Origin: Candidatus Poseidoniales archaeon | GTDB taxonomy: Archaea > Thermoplasmatota > Poseidoniia > MGIII > CG-Epi1 | Assembly (NCBI GenBank): GCA_045567855.1 | Contig: JBJLCC010000037.1 | Span: 34,625 to 98,624, forward strand | Reading direction: 5' to 3' | Length of the DNA: 64,000 nucleotides | Part shown: positions 32,934 through 43,224 of the stretch, piece after piece | Numbering within the stretch: the stretch's first letter is position 1 | Layout of the letters: each line of letters opens with the position of its first letter | Made by a program: the position numbers and the translations under genes | Notes under the pieces: model-generated | Databases searched by the model: none | Told to the model about the DNA's origin: nothing | The model's input: the letters and a program-made list of their open reading frames with translations, nothing else

Positions 32934-33691
32934 GTAGCAATATAATTATACGTCAAAACGTTAAGAAAAATCTTAAGGGTTCAACATTTATTTGTGGATT
33001 TCCAGGTGTTGGTTTGGTAGGTAATATTGTTGCAAATTTTCTGGTTAATAATCTTAAATTGGATCAGATTGGAGTAATTGATAGCGATACTTTCCCATCT
33101 ATTTCCGTAGTTAAAGACGGAATTCCAAACCATCCAATGAGACTTTATGCTGGAGAACAAGTTTGCAATAATGGAAAATGTAATCAGATAGTTATATGTG
33201 TTAGTGACTTTGTTCCTCCCGCATCAGCAACAAAAGATTTGGTCAATACTATTTTTGACTGGGCAAAAGATCAAGGTTTTGCTAGTTTTATCACTGGTGA
33301 AGGGTTTACGACAGCACCTAATGATGATCAGGAAAAAGAGGCCATTGTTTATGGAGTAACATCTACCGAGTCATCAAAGGCATGGATATCTGATGCAAAA
33401 GTTAAACCTTTCGAGTTTGGCACCATTGGAGGCTTTACAGGAGTCATGCTTAGTGAAGGAAGATTGCGTAGTCAGAATGTTTTAGGCCTTCTTGCAGAAG
33501 TTAAAGAAGATGTTCCCGACGCCCGTGCAGCTTCAAAGATTATTGAATCTATAGATAAATTATTATTAGAAATTGATTTAGATCCAAAACCTTTACTCGA
33601 AGAGGCAGCTTCCCTTGAGAAAGAGTTGCAAAAAGTTACGGAGCAAGTCCCAACAGAAAGTAATAATTCGATCCCAAGATATATTGGATAG
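32930..33691 (+). CDS. PAC2 / proteasome assembly chaperone family protein
   Basis: GFPGVGLVGNI, P.RLY, G.IGG.TG.ML, PDARAA, YIG C-terminus. Confidence 0.9.
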   Translation: MSSNIIIRQNVKKNLKGSTFICGFPGVGLVGNIVANFLVNNLKLDQIGVIDSDTFPSISVVKDGIPNHPMRLYAGEQVCNNGKCNQIVICVSDFVPPASATKDLVNTIFDWAKDQGFASFITGEGFTTAPNDDQEKEAIVYGVTSTESSKAWISDAKVKPFEFGTIGGFTGVMLSEGRLRSQNVLGLLAEVKEDVPDARAASKIIESIDKLLLEIDLDPKPLLEEAASLEKELQKVTEQVPTESNNSIPRYIG

Positions 33692-33721
33692 GTTTAAAGC
33701 TACATAGATTTACATACAACA

Positions 33722-35401
33722 GTGAGCCGAAGTTTAAGGAAAGTTAAAGATTCAGTAATTTCGAGTATTAATCAAATATTCAAAGATAGAGAATACCCAA
33801 AACTTCCTATTGATGACAATCCAATCCAGGGTGATTTGTCAATTATTTGTTTTCCTGGCGCTCAAACTTTAAAGAAAAGTCCCGAAGCAGTTGCAAACGA
33901 AGTAGCTGAAATGTTATCAGGTCTTAGGTTTGTTAAGAAAACTTTTATTGTTAAAGCTTTTTGTAACTTAGTGCTGGATTGGGATGGTTTAATGCCTGAT
34001 GTTTTTAGTGATATTATTGACGAGAATTTTGGTAGAGGTTCTCCAAAAAATAAGTCTATTTTAGTTGAACACACCTCCGCAAATGCGACAGGTCCTTTTC
34101 ACATGGGAAGAGCTAGAAATCCTATAATTGGTGATAGTATTTCGAGACTTCTCCGATATAATGGATATAATGTTTCAACAGAGTATTATGTAAATGATAC
34201 TGGCAGACAAGCAGCTACAGTCGCCTTTGGAATTAAGCATTATGAGGCTGGCGAATCTGAAAAGAGTGACCACAAATTAGTGGAATGCTATAGGCAAGCT
34301 TCCGACGATTTAAAAAATGACTCAAGTATAAAATCTAAAATTTATAGTAAAATGGAGCTAATTGAGGGCGGTGACAAAGATGCTCTAACTGAAGTCAAGG
34401 AGGCTGCGGAATTGATGCTTTCAGGCATGCGCTTATCGCTTAAGAGATTAAATGCTGAAGCTGATTCATATTTTCATGAATCAGATTTGATTCGCGATGG
34501 TAGCGTTAATAAGGTAATTAAATCTCTTAAGAAAAGTCATATTTGTGTCGAGGAAAAAGGGGCTTTTTATTTAGATTTAGCAAACAAAAATATAGCTGGA
34601 AGGAATCAAAAATTTTTCTTTACACGGAATAATGGTTTAAGTTTGTACACTACAAGAGATATTGCATATCATATTAATAAATTTGATAGATTTCCAAATG
34701 CTTTGAATGTATTAGGGGAAGATCATAAGCTGCAAAGTAATTTACTTAATCTCGCTCTAGAAGAGTTAAATTCTTCTAAGCCAGATAATTTATTTTATTC
34801 ATTTGTTAATCTTCCAGGAGGTAAAATGTCAACAAGAGCTGGACGTGTAGTTTACTTAGATGACATGATGGATAAAATAGTGAAAGCTTCATTTGCTAGA
34901 TTGGATGAAGCTGATATGTCTAACGATCAAAAACATTTACTCTCTGAAAAAATAGGTATAGGTTCTTTAAGATATAATATTCTTAAAGTACAGGCTGAGA
35001 AAGGTTTTACATTTAGTATAGAAGATGCACTTAGTATACAGGGAGATTCTGCTCCTTTTGCCATGTACTCCCATGCAAGAATGTCTTCAATATTGACTAA
35101 ATATGGTAAAAATCTCCCTCCGTTTACTATCGATTCAGATTTAGTTGAAGCTGAAATTGAATTAGTTCGAGTTATTAGTGAATGGCCTCAAATTGTGAAA
35201 TCTTCAGTAGATAAACTTGCTATTCATATTATTCCAAATTATGTTCATAGATTATCTTCTCAATTCAATAGCTTTTATAGGGATTGTAAAGTAATTGGCG
35301 ACATTAATGAATCCTTCAGGATAAATTTAGTATATTCATCTAAAAGAATTTTGTTTGATGCACTCGATGTTATGGGTATCGAAGCTCCTGAAAGAATGTA
35401 A
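33722..35401 (+). CDS. argS: Arginine--tRNA ligase
   Basis: EHTSANATGPFHMGRARN, YYVND.GRQ, YTTRDIAYH, KMSTRAG, PERM C-terminus. Confidence 0.96.
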   Translation: MSRSLRKVKDSVISSINQIFKDREYPKLPIDDNPIQGDLSIICFPGAQTLKKSPEAVANEVAEMLSGLRFVKKTFIVKAFCNLVLDWDGLMPDVFSDIIDENFGRGSPKNKSILVEHTSANATGPFHMGRARNPIIGDSISRLLRYNGYNVSTEYYVNDTGRQAATVAFGIKHYEAGESEKSDHKLVECYRQASDDLKNDSSIKSKIYSKMELIEGGDKDALTEVKEAAELMLSGMRLSLKRLNAEADSYFHESDLIRDGSVNKVIKSLKKSHICVEEKGAFYLDLANKNIAGRNQKFFFTRNNGLSLYTTRDIAYHINKFDRFPNALNVLGEDHKLQSNLLNLALEELNSSKPDNLFYSFVNLPGGKMSTRAGRVVYLDDMMDKIVKASFARLDEADMSNDQKHLLSEKIGIGSLRYNILKVQAEKGFTFSIEDALSIQGDSAPFAMYSHARMSSILTKYGKNLPPFTIDSDLVEAEIELVRVISEWPQIVKSSVDKLAIHIIPNYVHRLSSQFNSFYRDCKVIGDINESFRINLVYSSKRILFDALDVMGIEAPERM

Positions 35402-35478
35402 TGGTGGTGAGGGAGAGATTCGAACTCCCGTGGTCACGATCTGCAGTCGTGTGCATAGCCGGGCTCTGCCACCTCACC
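35402..35478 (-). tRNA. tRNA-Cys (GCA), encoded CCA, A73 discriminator
   Basis: GGTGAGG/CCTCACC acceptor stem; CACGA-CTGCAGA-TCGTG anticodon arm; GGGAG-TTCGAAT-CTCTC T arm. Confidence 0.95.
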
Positions 35479-35513
35479 TACTATTATTGGCAGTAAAGGA
35501 AGTGTATTAATGA

Positions 35514-35738
35514 TTAGTTACTACTTCTTGCGATAGTTCTTGAAATATCTGTAGCATTCATTTTCTTTTTCATATCGCTTAAAAGATTTTTGTAATGAGA
35601 TATTTGTTCGTTAATTCTTTCAATTTCCGTTTTATCTGCATCACCTCTTGAATATCTTTCCTGAACCTTTTCTTTTCTACTTTCCCATTTTTCTAATTCA
35701 TTTAGAACTTCAATGATTTTGTCTTCGACATTTTTCAT
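35514..35738 (-). CDS. Hypothetical 74-aa helical/coiled-coil protein
   Basis: ORF starts 1 bp downstream of the aCPSF1 stop; charged helical composition. Confidence 0.75.
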   Translation of the reverse strand: MKNVEDKIIEVLNELEKWESRKEKVQERYSRGDADKTEIERINEQISHYKNLLSDMKKKMNATDISRTIARSSN

Positions 35739-35739
35739 A

Positions 35740-37662
35740 TTACATAAACCTTATTGTTTCTAAATTACTTGGCACTCTGCAATCTAATCTTACCTTTCTC
35801 CTAATATCATTTGCAAATTGCTCACACTTTTGAGGGTCTCCATGATTAAGTAGAACGATTTTAGGTCTTGGTCTTATTGTCCTTAGATATCTCATTAATT
35901 GTCTCTTATCACTATGTCCGGAAAAGCCTTCACACGTTTCAATGTTCATGTTAACTTTTACAGGTATAGTTCCACCTTTCTCACGGTCATGTAGATGTAT
36001 CTCTTTTGCACCTTGTTGTACTCTTTGCCCCATAGTTCCGGCAGCTTGATATCCGACAAACACCATTGTGCTGTTAAAATCAGGAGCCCAGTTTCTAAGA
36101 TATTCCATTACAGGTCCTCCGTTTACCATTCCAGATGTAGCTAAAACAATAGCAGGTTCTTCTCTTCCGCAGATTTCTTGTCTCATCTCCGTACTCTCAA
36201 CTTTATTAAATATTTCAGATCTAAATGGGTTATCTTGATTTTGATAAACCTTGTTTCTTAAATTGTTGTTAAGATACTCAGGATAAGCTGAATGTAACGC
36301 CGTAGCTTCCCATATCATTCCATCAAGATATACTGGCATATCTTTCAATTTCCCTTCGGAATGTAATTTTTCTAAAACTAGCATAACTTCTTGAGATCTA
36401 CCTACTGCAAATACAGGAATCAAAATCTTACCCTTTTTCTCAACAGTTCTATTAATTATATCATACAATGTTCGTGAACCTTCCTCTCTTGCAGGTTGAA
36501 AATCATTGTATCCTCCGTATGTTGATTCCATTATTAATCCTTCTAATCTGGGGAAATGATTTACAGCCCTATCAAAAAGCCAAGTGTTTTCAAATTTAAT
36601 ATCTCCTGAGAAAACGAGATTGTATTGACCATCACCCACGTGAAAGTGGGCGGCAGCAGATCCTAGAATATGTCCGGAATTGTGGAATGTTAATTTTAAA
36701 TCTGGTGAAACGTCAGTTGTATCTCCATAATTTAAAGGGATCGTATTTCTTATTGCTTGCCGTATATGCTCAGTATTATATGGAACTTTTTTACCCTCAG
36801 CATTTTGTATTTTTATGAAATCGTTCTGTAGTAAAGATGCTAGTTCTCGTGTTGGAGGTGTACAATAAATGGGTCCATCAAATCCGTAGACAAAAAGCAT
36901 AGGCAATAACGCTGAATGATCTAAGTGTGCGTGTGTTAGTACCACCGCATCTATTCCTTCGAGTGGAGTTACTTCAGGAGCACTTAGGAAAGGGCTTGGT
37001 TCTTTTTCGTTACCTGGATTAAACCCACAATCTACCAAAACTTTACTATCTTTTGTCATTAAGAGGTGGCAAGATCTTCCAACCTCTTTGTATCCTCCGA
37101 GTGCAGTGACTCTTACATGTTGTTCACCCGGAATAGTATCCCTGAAAATTTTCTTACCTACTCTGGTTAGAAATTTTTTTCTACCTTCAGCCACTTTATC
37201 CTCTAGCATATAATTTCGGATATCTTTCAAAGTTCTGGATTCCATTGGTGAGGATCTTATTACGACAGGATTCCATCCAATCTCTCTCCTAATTTGATTT
37301 AGTACAATTCCATGCTTACCTATAGCTCTTCCCGGGTTACTTGCTTCTAAAATTACATCTCCGTTAATTTCGTCGAATCGAGTATCTACAATTCCAGCTT
37401 CTTCAGGTAATATTTCATTAAGTTTTTGCTTTGCACCCAGTATAGGTTTTCTTACGCTGGAATCTGCCTTAATCACTATTCTTTTTCTAACATTTTGGGC
37501 TAACTTTCTAATTAAATCATTGTTATCTGAAAAAATTTCTAGATTTGGAGTATACAAAACCACATTCGAAGCTTCAACTTTTACGTCAGTGAATGTGATA
37601 TTGTCCGGAATGACTTCTGTTGCGACTTTCTTTACTAGTTTTATTACGTCCTCTACGGCCAT
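35740..37662 (-). CDS. fttA: Beta-CASP ribonuclease aCPSF1 (transcription termination factor FttA)
   Basis: N-terminal KH domains, LGGYKEVGRSC, THAHLDH, GHILGSA, ESTYGG, GFSGHSD. Confidence 0.95.
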   Translation of the reverse strand: MAVEDVIKLVKKVATEVIPDNITFTDVKVEASNVVLYTPNLEIFSDNNDLIRKLAQNVRKRIVIKADSSVRKPILGAKQKLNEILPEEAGIVDTRFDEINGDVILEASNPGRAIGKHGIVLNQIRREIGWNPVVIRSSPMESRTLKDIRNYMLEDKVAEGRKKFLTRVGKKIFRDTIPGEQHVRVTALGGYKEVGRSCHLLMTKDSKVLVDCGFNPGNEKEPSPFLSAPEVTPLEGIDAVVLTHAHLDHSALLPMLFVYGFDGPIYCTPPTRELASLLQNDFIKIQNAEGKKVPYNTEHIRQAIRNTIPLNYGDTTDVSPDLKLTFHNSGHILGSAAAHFHVGDGQYNLVFSGDIKFENTWLFDRAVNHFPRLEGLIMESTYGGYNDFQPAREEGSRTLYDIINRTVEKKGKILIPVFAVGRSQEVMLVLEKLHSEGKLKDMPVYLDGMIWEATALHSAYPEYLNNNLRNKVYQNQDNPFRSEIFNKVESTEMRQEICGREEPAIVLATSGMVNGGPVMEYLRNWAPDFNSTMVFVGYQAAGTMGQRVQQGAKEIHLHDREKGGTIPVKVNMNIETCEGFSGHSDKRQLMRYLRTIRPRPKIVLLNHGDPQKCEQFANDIRRKVRLDCRVPSNLETIRFM

Positions 37663-37690
37663 TTGACCTTCCTTAATTGTTGACTTACGT

Positions 37691-38317
37691 CTACAAATTA
37701 GCTTGAATTTTGTCTATCTCTTCTAAAGACACTTTGTGGTATCCTTTTGAATCGATAACACACATTGATATGCCATCACCTGAAGCCGAGTCTCTCTTCA
37801 TTGCTGCAGTTAACGCCCTGACTCCTAGTTCCTTTCCTTCTTTAATAGACATATTTTCCTTAAATCTGTCTTCTAAAACACCATATACGAACGGTGATCC
37901 TGAACCTGTAGTTTGAAATTTATCGGGGATAGATCCTCCTGCAGCATCCAATGAATAAACGTGCCCTCCATCAGAATCAATTCCGCCAAGTAATAATTGT
38001 ACCCAGAATGGCATATATCTTCTTCCATTCATTATATTCGCCATCAATGTTGATGCCGCTTTTAGTGACATGTTTCTTCCGGTTTTAAGCTCATAAAGTT
38101 TAACTTCAGCGGATAACCATCTTGCAAGCATTTGTGCATCTCCTACTAATCCAGCTACCGTCAATCCCATGTTGTCCGATATTCTGAAAAGTTTCTTTGT
38201 AGTCTTGTGTCCAATGAGGTTTCCCATTGTGGCTCTCATTTCCGTAGCCATTACAATACCGTCCTTACAAACTAACCCAATAGTTGTTGTACCTTTTTTT
38301 AAATCTTTTTCTGACAA
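37691..38317 (-). CDS. psmB: Proteasome beta subunit
   Basis: Short propeptide then G|TTTIG, AGLVGDAQ, GSGS, RDSASG. Confidence 0.96.
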   Translation of the reverse strand: MSEKDLKKGTTTIGLVCKDGIVMATEMRATMGNLIGHKTTKKLFRISDNMGLTVAGLVGDAQMLARWLSAEVKLYELKTGRNMSLKAASTLMANIMNGRRYMPFWVQLLLGGIDSDGGHVYSLDAAGGSIPDKFQTTGSGSPFVYGVLEDRFKENMSIKEGKELGVRALTAAMKRDSASGDGISMCVIDSKGYHKVSLEEIDKIQANL

Positions 38318-38437
38318 AAAACTCCTCCACGAGTAAAACTAATGTTTCATCGGACCCAAGTATATTAGATTAATGGCCATGTCAAAATCATAAACAATAG
38401 TTAAATATCGGCCACCAATCAACACTAGAGGTAAGTA

Positions 38438-39193
38438 GTGTTTAAAGCCAGAATTAAAGCAGATAGCCTGAAAGAATTTATCGGAACCGTTGGTTCATTA
38501 GTCGATGAAGCAAAGATAAATGTTAGTGAAGAAGGTCTTCAAGTTAAAGCAGTAGATCCCTCTCATGTAGCCATGATTGAAGCCAATCTCATGAAATCGG
38601 CATTTGATAGTTTTGAAGTTAAGGATGTTCAGATGGGTCTGGATATTGATAAATTTAAAAGTGTTTTAACTATGGCCGGAAAGGATGAAATGGTTATTCT
38701 AGAAAAGGATGACGAACTTAACAGATTAGTAGTCAACATAGGAAATTTGACAAGAGCTATGCCATTGCTTGATACCTCTGGAATGCCAGATCCCAAAGTT
38801 CCATCATTAGACTTGCCAGCTAATGTTAGCGTAGCTTCTGGAGAAATTGGTCAAGGAATCAAAGCTTCTAAAGCCGTCTCAGATCATATTGCACTTTCAA
38901 CCTCAAAAGACAGTTTTAGGTTAGTTTGTGAAGGCGATAATCAGAATAGGGTTGATTTGTCTCTAGGAAAAGATCAGCTTGAAAAATTAAGTTCATCAGA
39001 AGATTGTACTTCTTTATTTTCATTGGAGTATTTCTCTTTAATGGTAAATTCACTTCCAGCAGATCGCATACTTCACATTATGTTAGGTTCAGACCTTCCA
39101 GTTAAGATAGATGCTGATTTGGCAGTTGATGACGTCACAGGAGCCCAAGGTAATGTTAAATTTCTGTTAGCTCCAAGAATAGATAGAGATTAA
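38438..39193 (+). CDS. pcn: DNA polymerase sliding clamp PCNA
   Basis: MFKA.I, LVDEA, AVDPSHVAM, S.FSLEY, LLAPRI. Confidence 0.95.
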   Translation: MFKARIKADSLKEFIGTVGSLVDEAKINVSEEGLQVKAVDPSHVAMIEANLMKSAFDSFEVKDVQMGLDIDKFKSVLTMAGKDEMVILEKDDELNRLVVNIGNLTRAMPLLDTSGMPDPKVPSLDLPANVSVASGEIGQGIKASKAVSDHIALSTSKDSFRLVCEGDNQNRVDLSLGKDQLEKLSSSEDCTSLFSLEYFSLMVNSLPADRILHIMLGSDLPVKIDADLAVDDVTGAQGNVKFLLAPRIDRD

Positions 39194-40117
39194 ATGTCAA
39201 ATAAGCATTTTCTCCACATCTCAGACTACAGTAAAGAAGAATTATGGGATATTTTAGAACTATCAAAAGTTGTAAAAGCAAAATTTCATCGTCGTGAGGA
39301 TCACAAAGTATTCCACAATAAATCTTTAGCAATGATATTTGCTAAGCCTTCTGCGCGTACTCGAGTTTCTTTTGAAACTGGCTTTGAGTGGATGGGTGGA
39401 CATGCCTTGTTCCTTGGTCCAAATGATATAGGTATTGGAAAAAGAGAAGCTATCAAAGATATCTCTAGAGTTTTTAGTAGATATAACGACATAGTAATGG
39501 CACGTCTTTTTGATCATGAACATGTAATAGAGCTGGCTAAACATTCTACAGTTCCTATCGTCAATGGTTTGACAGATTACAATCATCCTTGTCAAATAAT
39601 GGCAGATATCTTTACAATTTGGGAGCATCTTGGCAATATTGATAACGCTAAGATAGTTTACATGGGCGATGGAAATAATATTGTTCATTCATGGCTTCAT
39701 TTGTCAATGAGGTTTCCTTTAGATTTTACTTGCTGTTGTCCTAAAGGCTACGAGCCAGACCAAAATTTAGTTGATCAAGCTATAAGTTCAGGTGTTTCAA
39801 ATATTACTATTAGTCAGGATCCCTTTTCAGCCGTGGAAGGTGCTGATGTGATTTACACAGACGTTTGGGCCTCGATGGGCCAGAAAGAAGAAGCCGAAGA
39901 ACGCGAAAGATTATTCAAAGATTTCCAAGTTAATACTAAGTTAATGAGTTCAACTGGAAAAAACACTCTTTTCATGCATTGTTTACCGGCAGAGAGAGAT
40001 AGAGAGGTTACTGATGAAGTTATGGAATCAAAAAATTCAATCGTATTTGATCAAGCTGAAAATAGAATGCACGTTCAAAATGCAATAATGATTATGTTGA
40101 GTGAAAAATGGGAATAG
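39194..40117 (+). CDS. argF: Ornithine carbamoyltransferase
   Basis: [37 protein letters not shown]. Confidence 0.95.
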   Translation: MSNKHFLHISDYSKEELWDILELSKVVKAKFHRREDHKVFHNKSLAMIFAKPSARTRVSFETGFEWMGGHALFLGPNDIGIGKREAIKDISRVFSRYNDIVMARLFDHEHVIELAKHSTVPIVNGLTDYNHPCQIMADIFTIWEHLGNIDNAKIVYMGDGNNIVHSWLHLSMRFPLDFTCCCPKGYEPDQNLVDQAISSGVSNITISQDPFSAVEGADVIYTDVWASMGQKEEAEERERLFKDFQVNTKLMSSTGKNTLFMHCLPAERDREVTDEVMESKNSIVFDQAENRMHVQNAIMIMLSEKWE

Positions 40118-40956
40118 ACAAAGTAGGAGTTATCGGAGCTGGCCAGATGGGCGCAGGTATTGCCCAAGTTTGCGCATCTATTGGTAAAGTAGTCACTTTG
40201 TGTGATATCAAGCAAGATTTTTTAGATATTGGAATGTCTATAATAAATAGAAATCTAAAGAGAAGTGTTTCTAAGGAGCGTATTACTCAAAAGCAAATGG
40301 ATCAAACTCTTGGTAACGTAGGTATAACTTTAGAAAAAAATGAACTAAAAGACTGCGACATAGTGATCGAAGCAATAGTTGAAGATGTAAACATCAAAAA
40401 AGGTCTATTTTCAGATTTGGGGAATATATGTAGTTCAAATACAATCCTCGCTTCAAATACTTCTAGTATTCCTATAGGTATTTTGGCTGAGGCAAGTGGA
40501 AGGCCAGAGAAAGTTGTTGGGATGCATTTCATGAACCCCGTTCCAGTCATGAAACTGGTAGAAGTAATTAGGGCTACAGATACTTCGGATTATACCTTTA
40601 ACATGACTTTCAATTTGGCGAAAGATTTGCATAAAGTTCCAGTTTTAGTTAATGATTTTCCAGGTTTCGTTAGCAATAGAATCTTATTACCAATGCTCAA
40701 TGAAGCAATGTTTTGTGTTATGGAAGGAGTTGCTGAACCTGAGGCTGTAGATACAGTTATGAAGTTAGGAATGAGTCACCCAATGGGTCCTTTGACATTA
40801 GCTGATTTTATTGGTTTAGATACTTGTTTAGCCATAATGGAAGTACTTCACAAAGACTTAAATGATGATAAATATCGGCCATGTCCACTTCTTGAAGAGA
40901 TGGTCAAAGTGGGTAAATTGGGTAAGAAGTCCGGTGAAGGTTTCTACAAATACTAA
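40108..40956 (+). CDS. hbd: 3-hydroxybutyryl-CoA dehydrogenase
   Basis: [39 protein letters not shown]. Confidence 0.93.
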   Translation: MGIDKVGVIGAGQMGAGIAQVCASIGKVVTLCDIKQDFLDIGMSIINRNLKRSVSKERITQKQMDQTLGNVGITLEKNELKDCDIVIEAIVEDVNIKKGLFSDLGNICSSNTILASNTSSIPIGILAEASGRPEKVVGMHFMNPVPVMKLVEVIRATDTSDYTFNMTFNLAKDLHKVPVLVNDFPGFVSNRILLPMLNEAMFCVMEGVAEPEAVDTVMKLGMSHPMGPLTLADFIGLDTCLAIMEVLHKDLNDDKYRPCPLLEEMVKVGKLGKKSGEGFYKY

Positions 40957-40988
40957 TGCTTTAAGTATAAGCACCATTTTAGTATGAT

Positions 40989-41225
40989 ATGTCAGAAAAG
41001 AAAAAAGATGCAATTGAGTCTCTAGGTTTGGATGAAGCACTCGCAGATTTAAAATTCTTAGCTCAGAAAGTTTCCGACATGTCTAAAGATTTAGCAAAAA
41101 AAGCAGTGGATAATGCGGAAGGTGTGACTGACAAAGTTGGAGAGATTGTAGATTCAACTGGGGATGCCTTAATTACTGCAGGGGAAACTATTAAACAGAC
41201 TAAAAAAATGTTTGATAAAGATTAG
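40989..41225 (+). CDS. Hypothetical small amphipathic-helical protein
   Basis: 78-aa ORF with its own TATA (TTTAAGTA at 40960, 29 nt upstream). Confidence 0.7.
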   Translation: MSEKKKDAIESLGLDEALADLKFLAQKVSDMSKDLAKKAVDNAEGVTDKVGEIVDSTGDALITAGETIKQTKKMFDKD

Positions 41226-41767
41226 TTCTTCCACTTGATGTTACAGCCCATTGAAGGTATTTGCACAAATTCTATTTCGTTGCCGCTCAATGTAGCCTCT
41301 ACGGCCATTTTTAATTCTTCACGAGTAACATTTTCTGGCTCTTTCCAGTTGTTATCAAGTCTTCCTCTGTATTTTAATTTTCTATCAGCGTCATAAAGGA
41401 AAATATCTGGAGTGCAAACTGCACTGTATAATTTTGCAATATCTTGAGTTTCATCAAATAGGTATGGAAAGGGATAGTTTTTGGCCTTAGCCTGTTCTGC
41501 CATTTTTTCTGGTGAATCTGCAGGGTAGTTATCAGCGTCGTTTGAACTTATTAGAACGAAATCTACGTTTGAAGAGTAATTATTAGCTAGTTCTATTATT
41601 CGATCTTCTACAGCCTTCGCATATGGGCAGTGATTGCAAGTGAAGATGACTACGAGAACTTTATTTGTAAAATCTTCAATAGATAAATCCTTTCCATCAA
41701 TATTCGGTAAGTTAAAGTAAGGGGCTTTAGAGCCCAGCTTAACCATAGTTGATTCAGTTAATGCCAT
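41222..41767 (-). CDS. Thioredoxin/AhpC-TSA-like (Prx-like) protein
   Basis: FTCNHCPY, ISSND, YPFPYL.DETQ, CTPD, PSMGCNIKW. Confidence 0.9.
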   Translation of the reverse strand: MALTESTMVKLGSKAPYFNLPNIDGKDLSIEDFTNKVLVVIFTCNHCPYAKAVEDRIIELANNYSSNVDFVLISSNDADNYPADSPEKMAEQAKAKNYPFPYLFDETQDIAKLYSAVCTPDIFLYDADRKLKYRGRLDNNWKEPENVTREELKMAVEATLSGNEIEFVQIPSMGCNIKWKN

Positions 41768-41832
41768 GATATTGCATCGAGATAGCATATTAAGAGTATT
41801 TCTTTTAAACCATGCTAAATACCTGATATAAT

Positions 41833-43224
41833 ATGAAGGCTACCAAAGACATATTTCGTGCATACGATATCCGAGGCGTTTATGGTGAAGAATTGGACGC
41901 AGAAATTGGTGAAAGAGTAGGCTTAGCCTTTGGTAATTTTCTGAGAAATAAGCACAATGGCGGAAAAATCTCTATTGGTTGTGACGCGAGAGTCAGTTCC
42001 CCTGAATTACAAATGGCAGTTTCAGAAGGAGCTTCTAGGGCTGGTTTTGATGTAGACATTATTGGTATGGTTCCAATTCCAGTTGCAAATTATTTTACTT
42101 GGAAATCAAATCTTAATTCAGATGAATATGTCGCGGGTGTTTACATAACTGCAAGCCACAACCCTGCAGAATATAATGGGATAAGGTTTAGACATCCTGA
42201 TGGAACTGGTTTTACTGAAGGAAACGTAGAAATTAAAAGAATATTTTTCGAAGAAAAATTAATTGAGCATAATCAGGGAACAATTAGTAATTTATCATCT
42301 GAAGAAGTTTTAGAGGATTACATGAGGTTTGTTTCAACTAAGGTTGGAAGTTTGAATGGCATGAAGGTTGCTCTAGACCCTGGTAATGGAGTTGGCTGTG
42401 TTGTGGTCGATAAAATATTTGAGCGATTAGGTGCTGAAACACTCAGCATTAACAATACGCCAGATGGTACTTTCCCTAACAGGCCTTCTGAGCCTGCACC
42501 TAAGAATCTAGGGGATCTAATCGAAGTTATGAGCAATGGTGAATTTGATTTTGCAGTTGCCTTCGATGGCGATGCAGACCGTTGTGTGTTTATTGACGAA
42601 GAATCAAACCCAGTTTCAGCAGAGAAAATTGGTATTATAGTTTCGAAAAGCTTGATAACTCCAGATTCAAACAAGGTACTGGCCGGCGTACCTTGTTCGA
42701 TGATTTTAGAAGAAGAAATTCCTAAGATTGGTGGCGAATTGATTTGGATACGAGTAGGAGATGTTTTCGTTTGTGAAGAATTAAAAAAGCATAATGCAGC
42801 AATCGCTATGGAGATTTCAGCTCATTTTTTTGCACCCGGTCTGACGGAATTCATATTCGATGATCCCATTATTTTTAGCTTGAAATTGGCAGAATTTATA
42901 AATAATTCATCTAAAACGCTTGGAGATTTTTCCAAGGAAATTCCATCTTATCCTTATGAAGAATTGAAATTCAAGTGTCCTGATTCTATAAAATTTAATG
43001 TAAATGCGGATCTTGAGAAAACATTCATTGACATGGGATATAAAGTTGAAACAATTGACGGAGTCAAGATTTGGCTGGAAGGTGGTTGGGTTCTGCTGAG
43101 GCCATCAAACACTCAACCAGTAATACGTATGTTTGCAGAGGCTATGGATAATAATAGGTTAAAGGAAATAAAAAGTGAATTTAAAAACTATTTTGATAAA
43201 TCTGTAGAAAAGTTTATTGTTTGA
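41833..43224 (+). CDS. Phosphomannomutase/phosphoglucomutase
   Basis: FRAYDIRG, ITASHNP, FDGDADR, DGVK, RPSNTQP. Confidence 0.93.
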   Translation: MKATKDIFRAYDIRGVYGEELDAEIGERVGLAFGNFLRNKHNGGKISIGCDARVSSPELQMAVSEGASRAGFDVDIIGMVPIPVANYFTWKSNLNSDEYVAGVYITASHNPAEYNGIRFRHPDGTGFTEGNVEIKRIFFEEKLIEHNQGTISNLSSEEVLEDYMRFVSTKVGSLNGMKVALDPGNGVGCVVVDKIFERLGAETLSINNTPDGTFPNRPSEPAPKNLGDLIEVMSNGEFDFAVAFDGDADRCVFIDEESNPVSAEKIGIIVSKSLITPDSNKVLAGVPCSMILEEEIPKIGGELIWIRVGDVFVCEELKKHNAAIAMEISAHFFAPGLTEFIFDDPIIFSLKLAEFINNSSKTLGDFSKEIPSYPYEELKFKCPDSIKFNVNADLEKTFIDMGYKVETIDGVKIWLEGGWVLLRPSNTQPVIRMFAEAMDNNRLKEIKSEFKNYFDKSVEKFIV

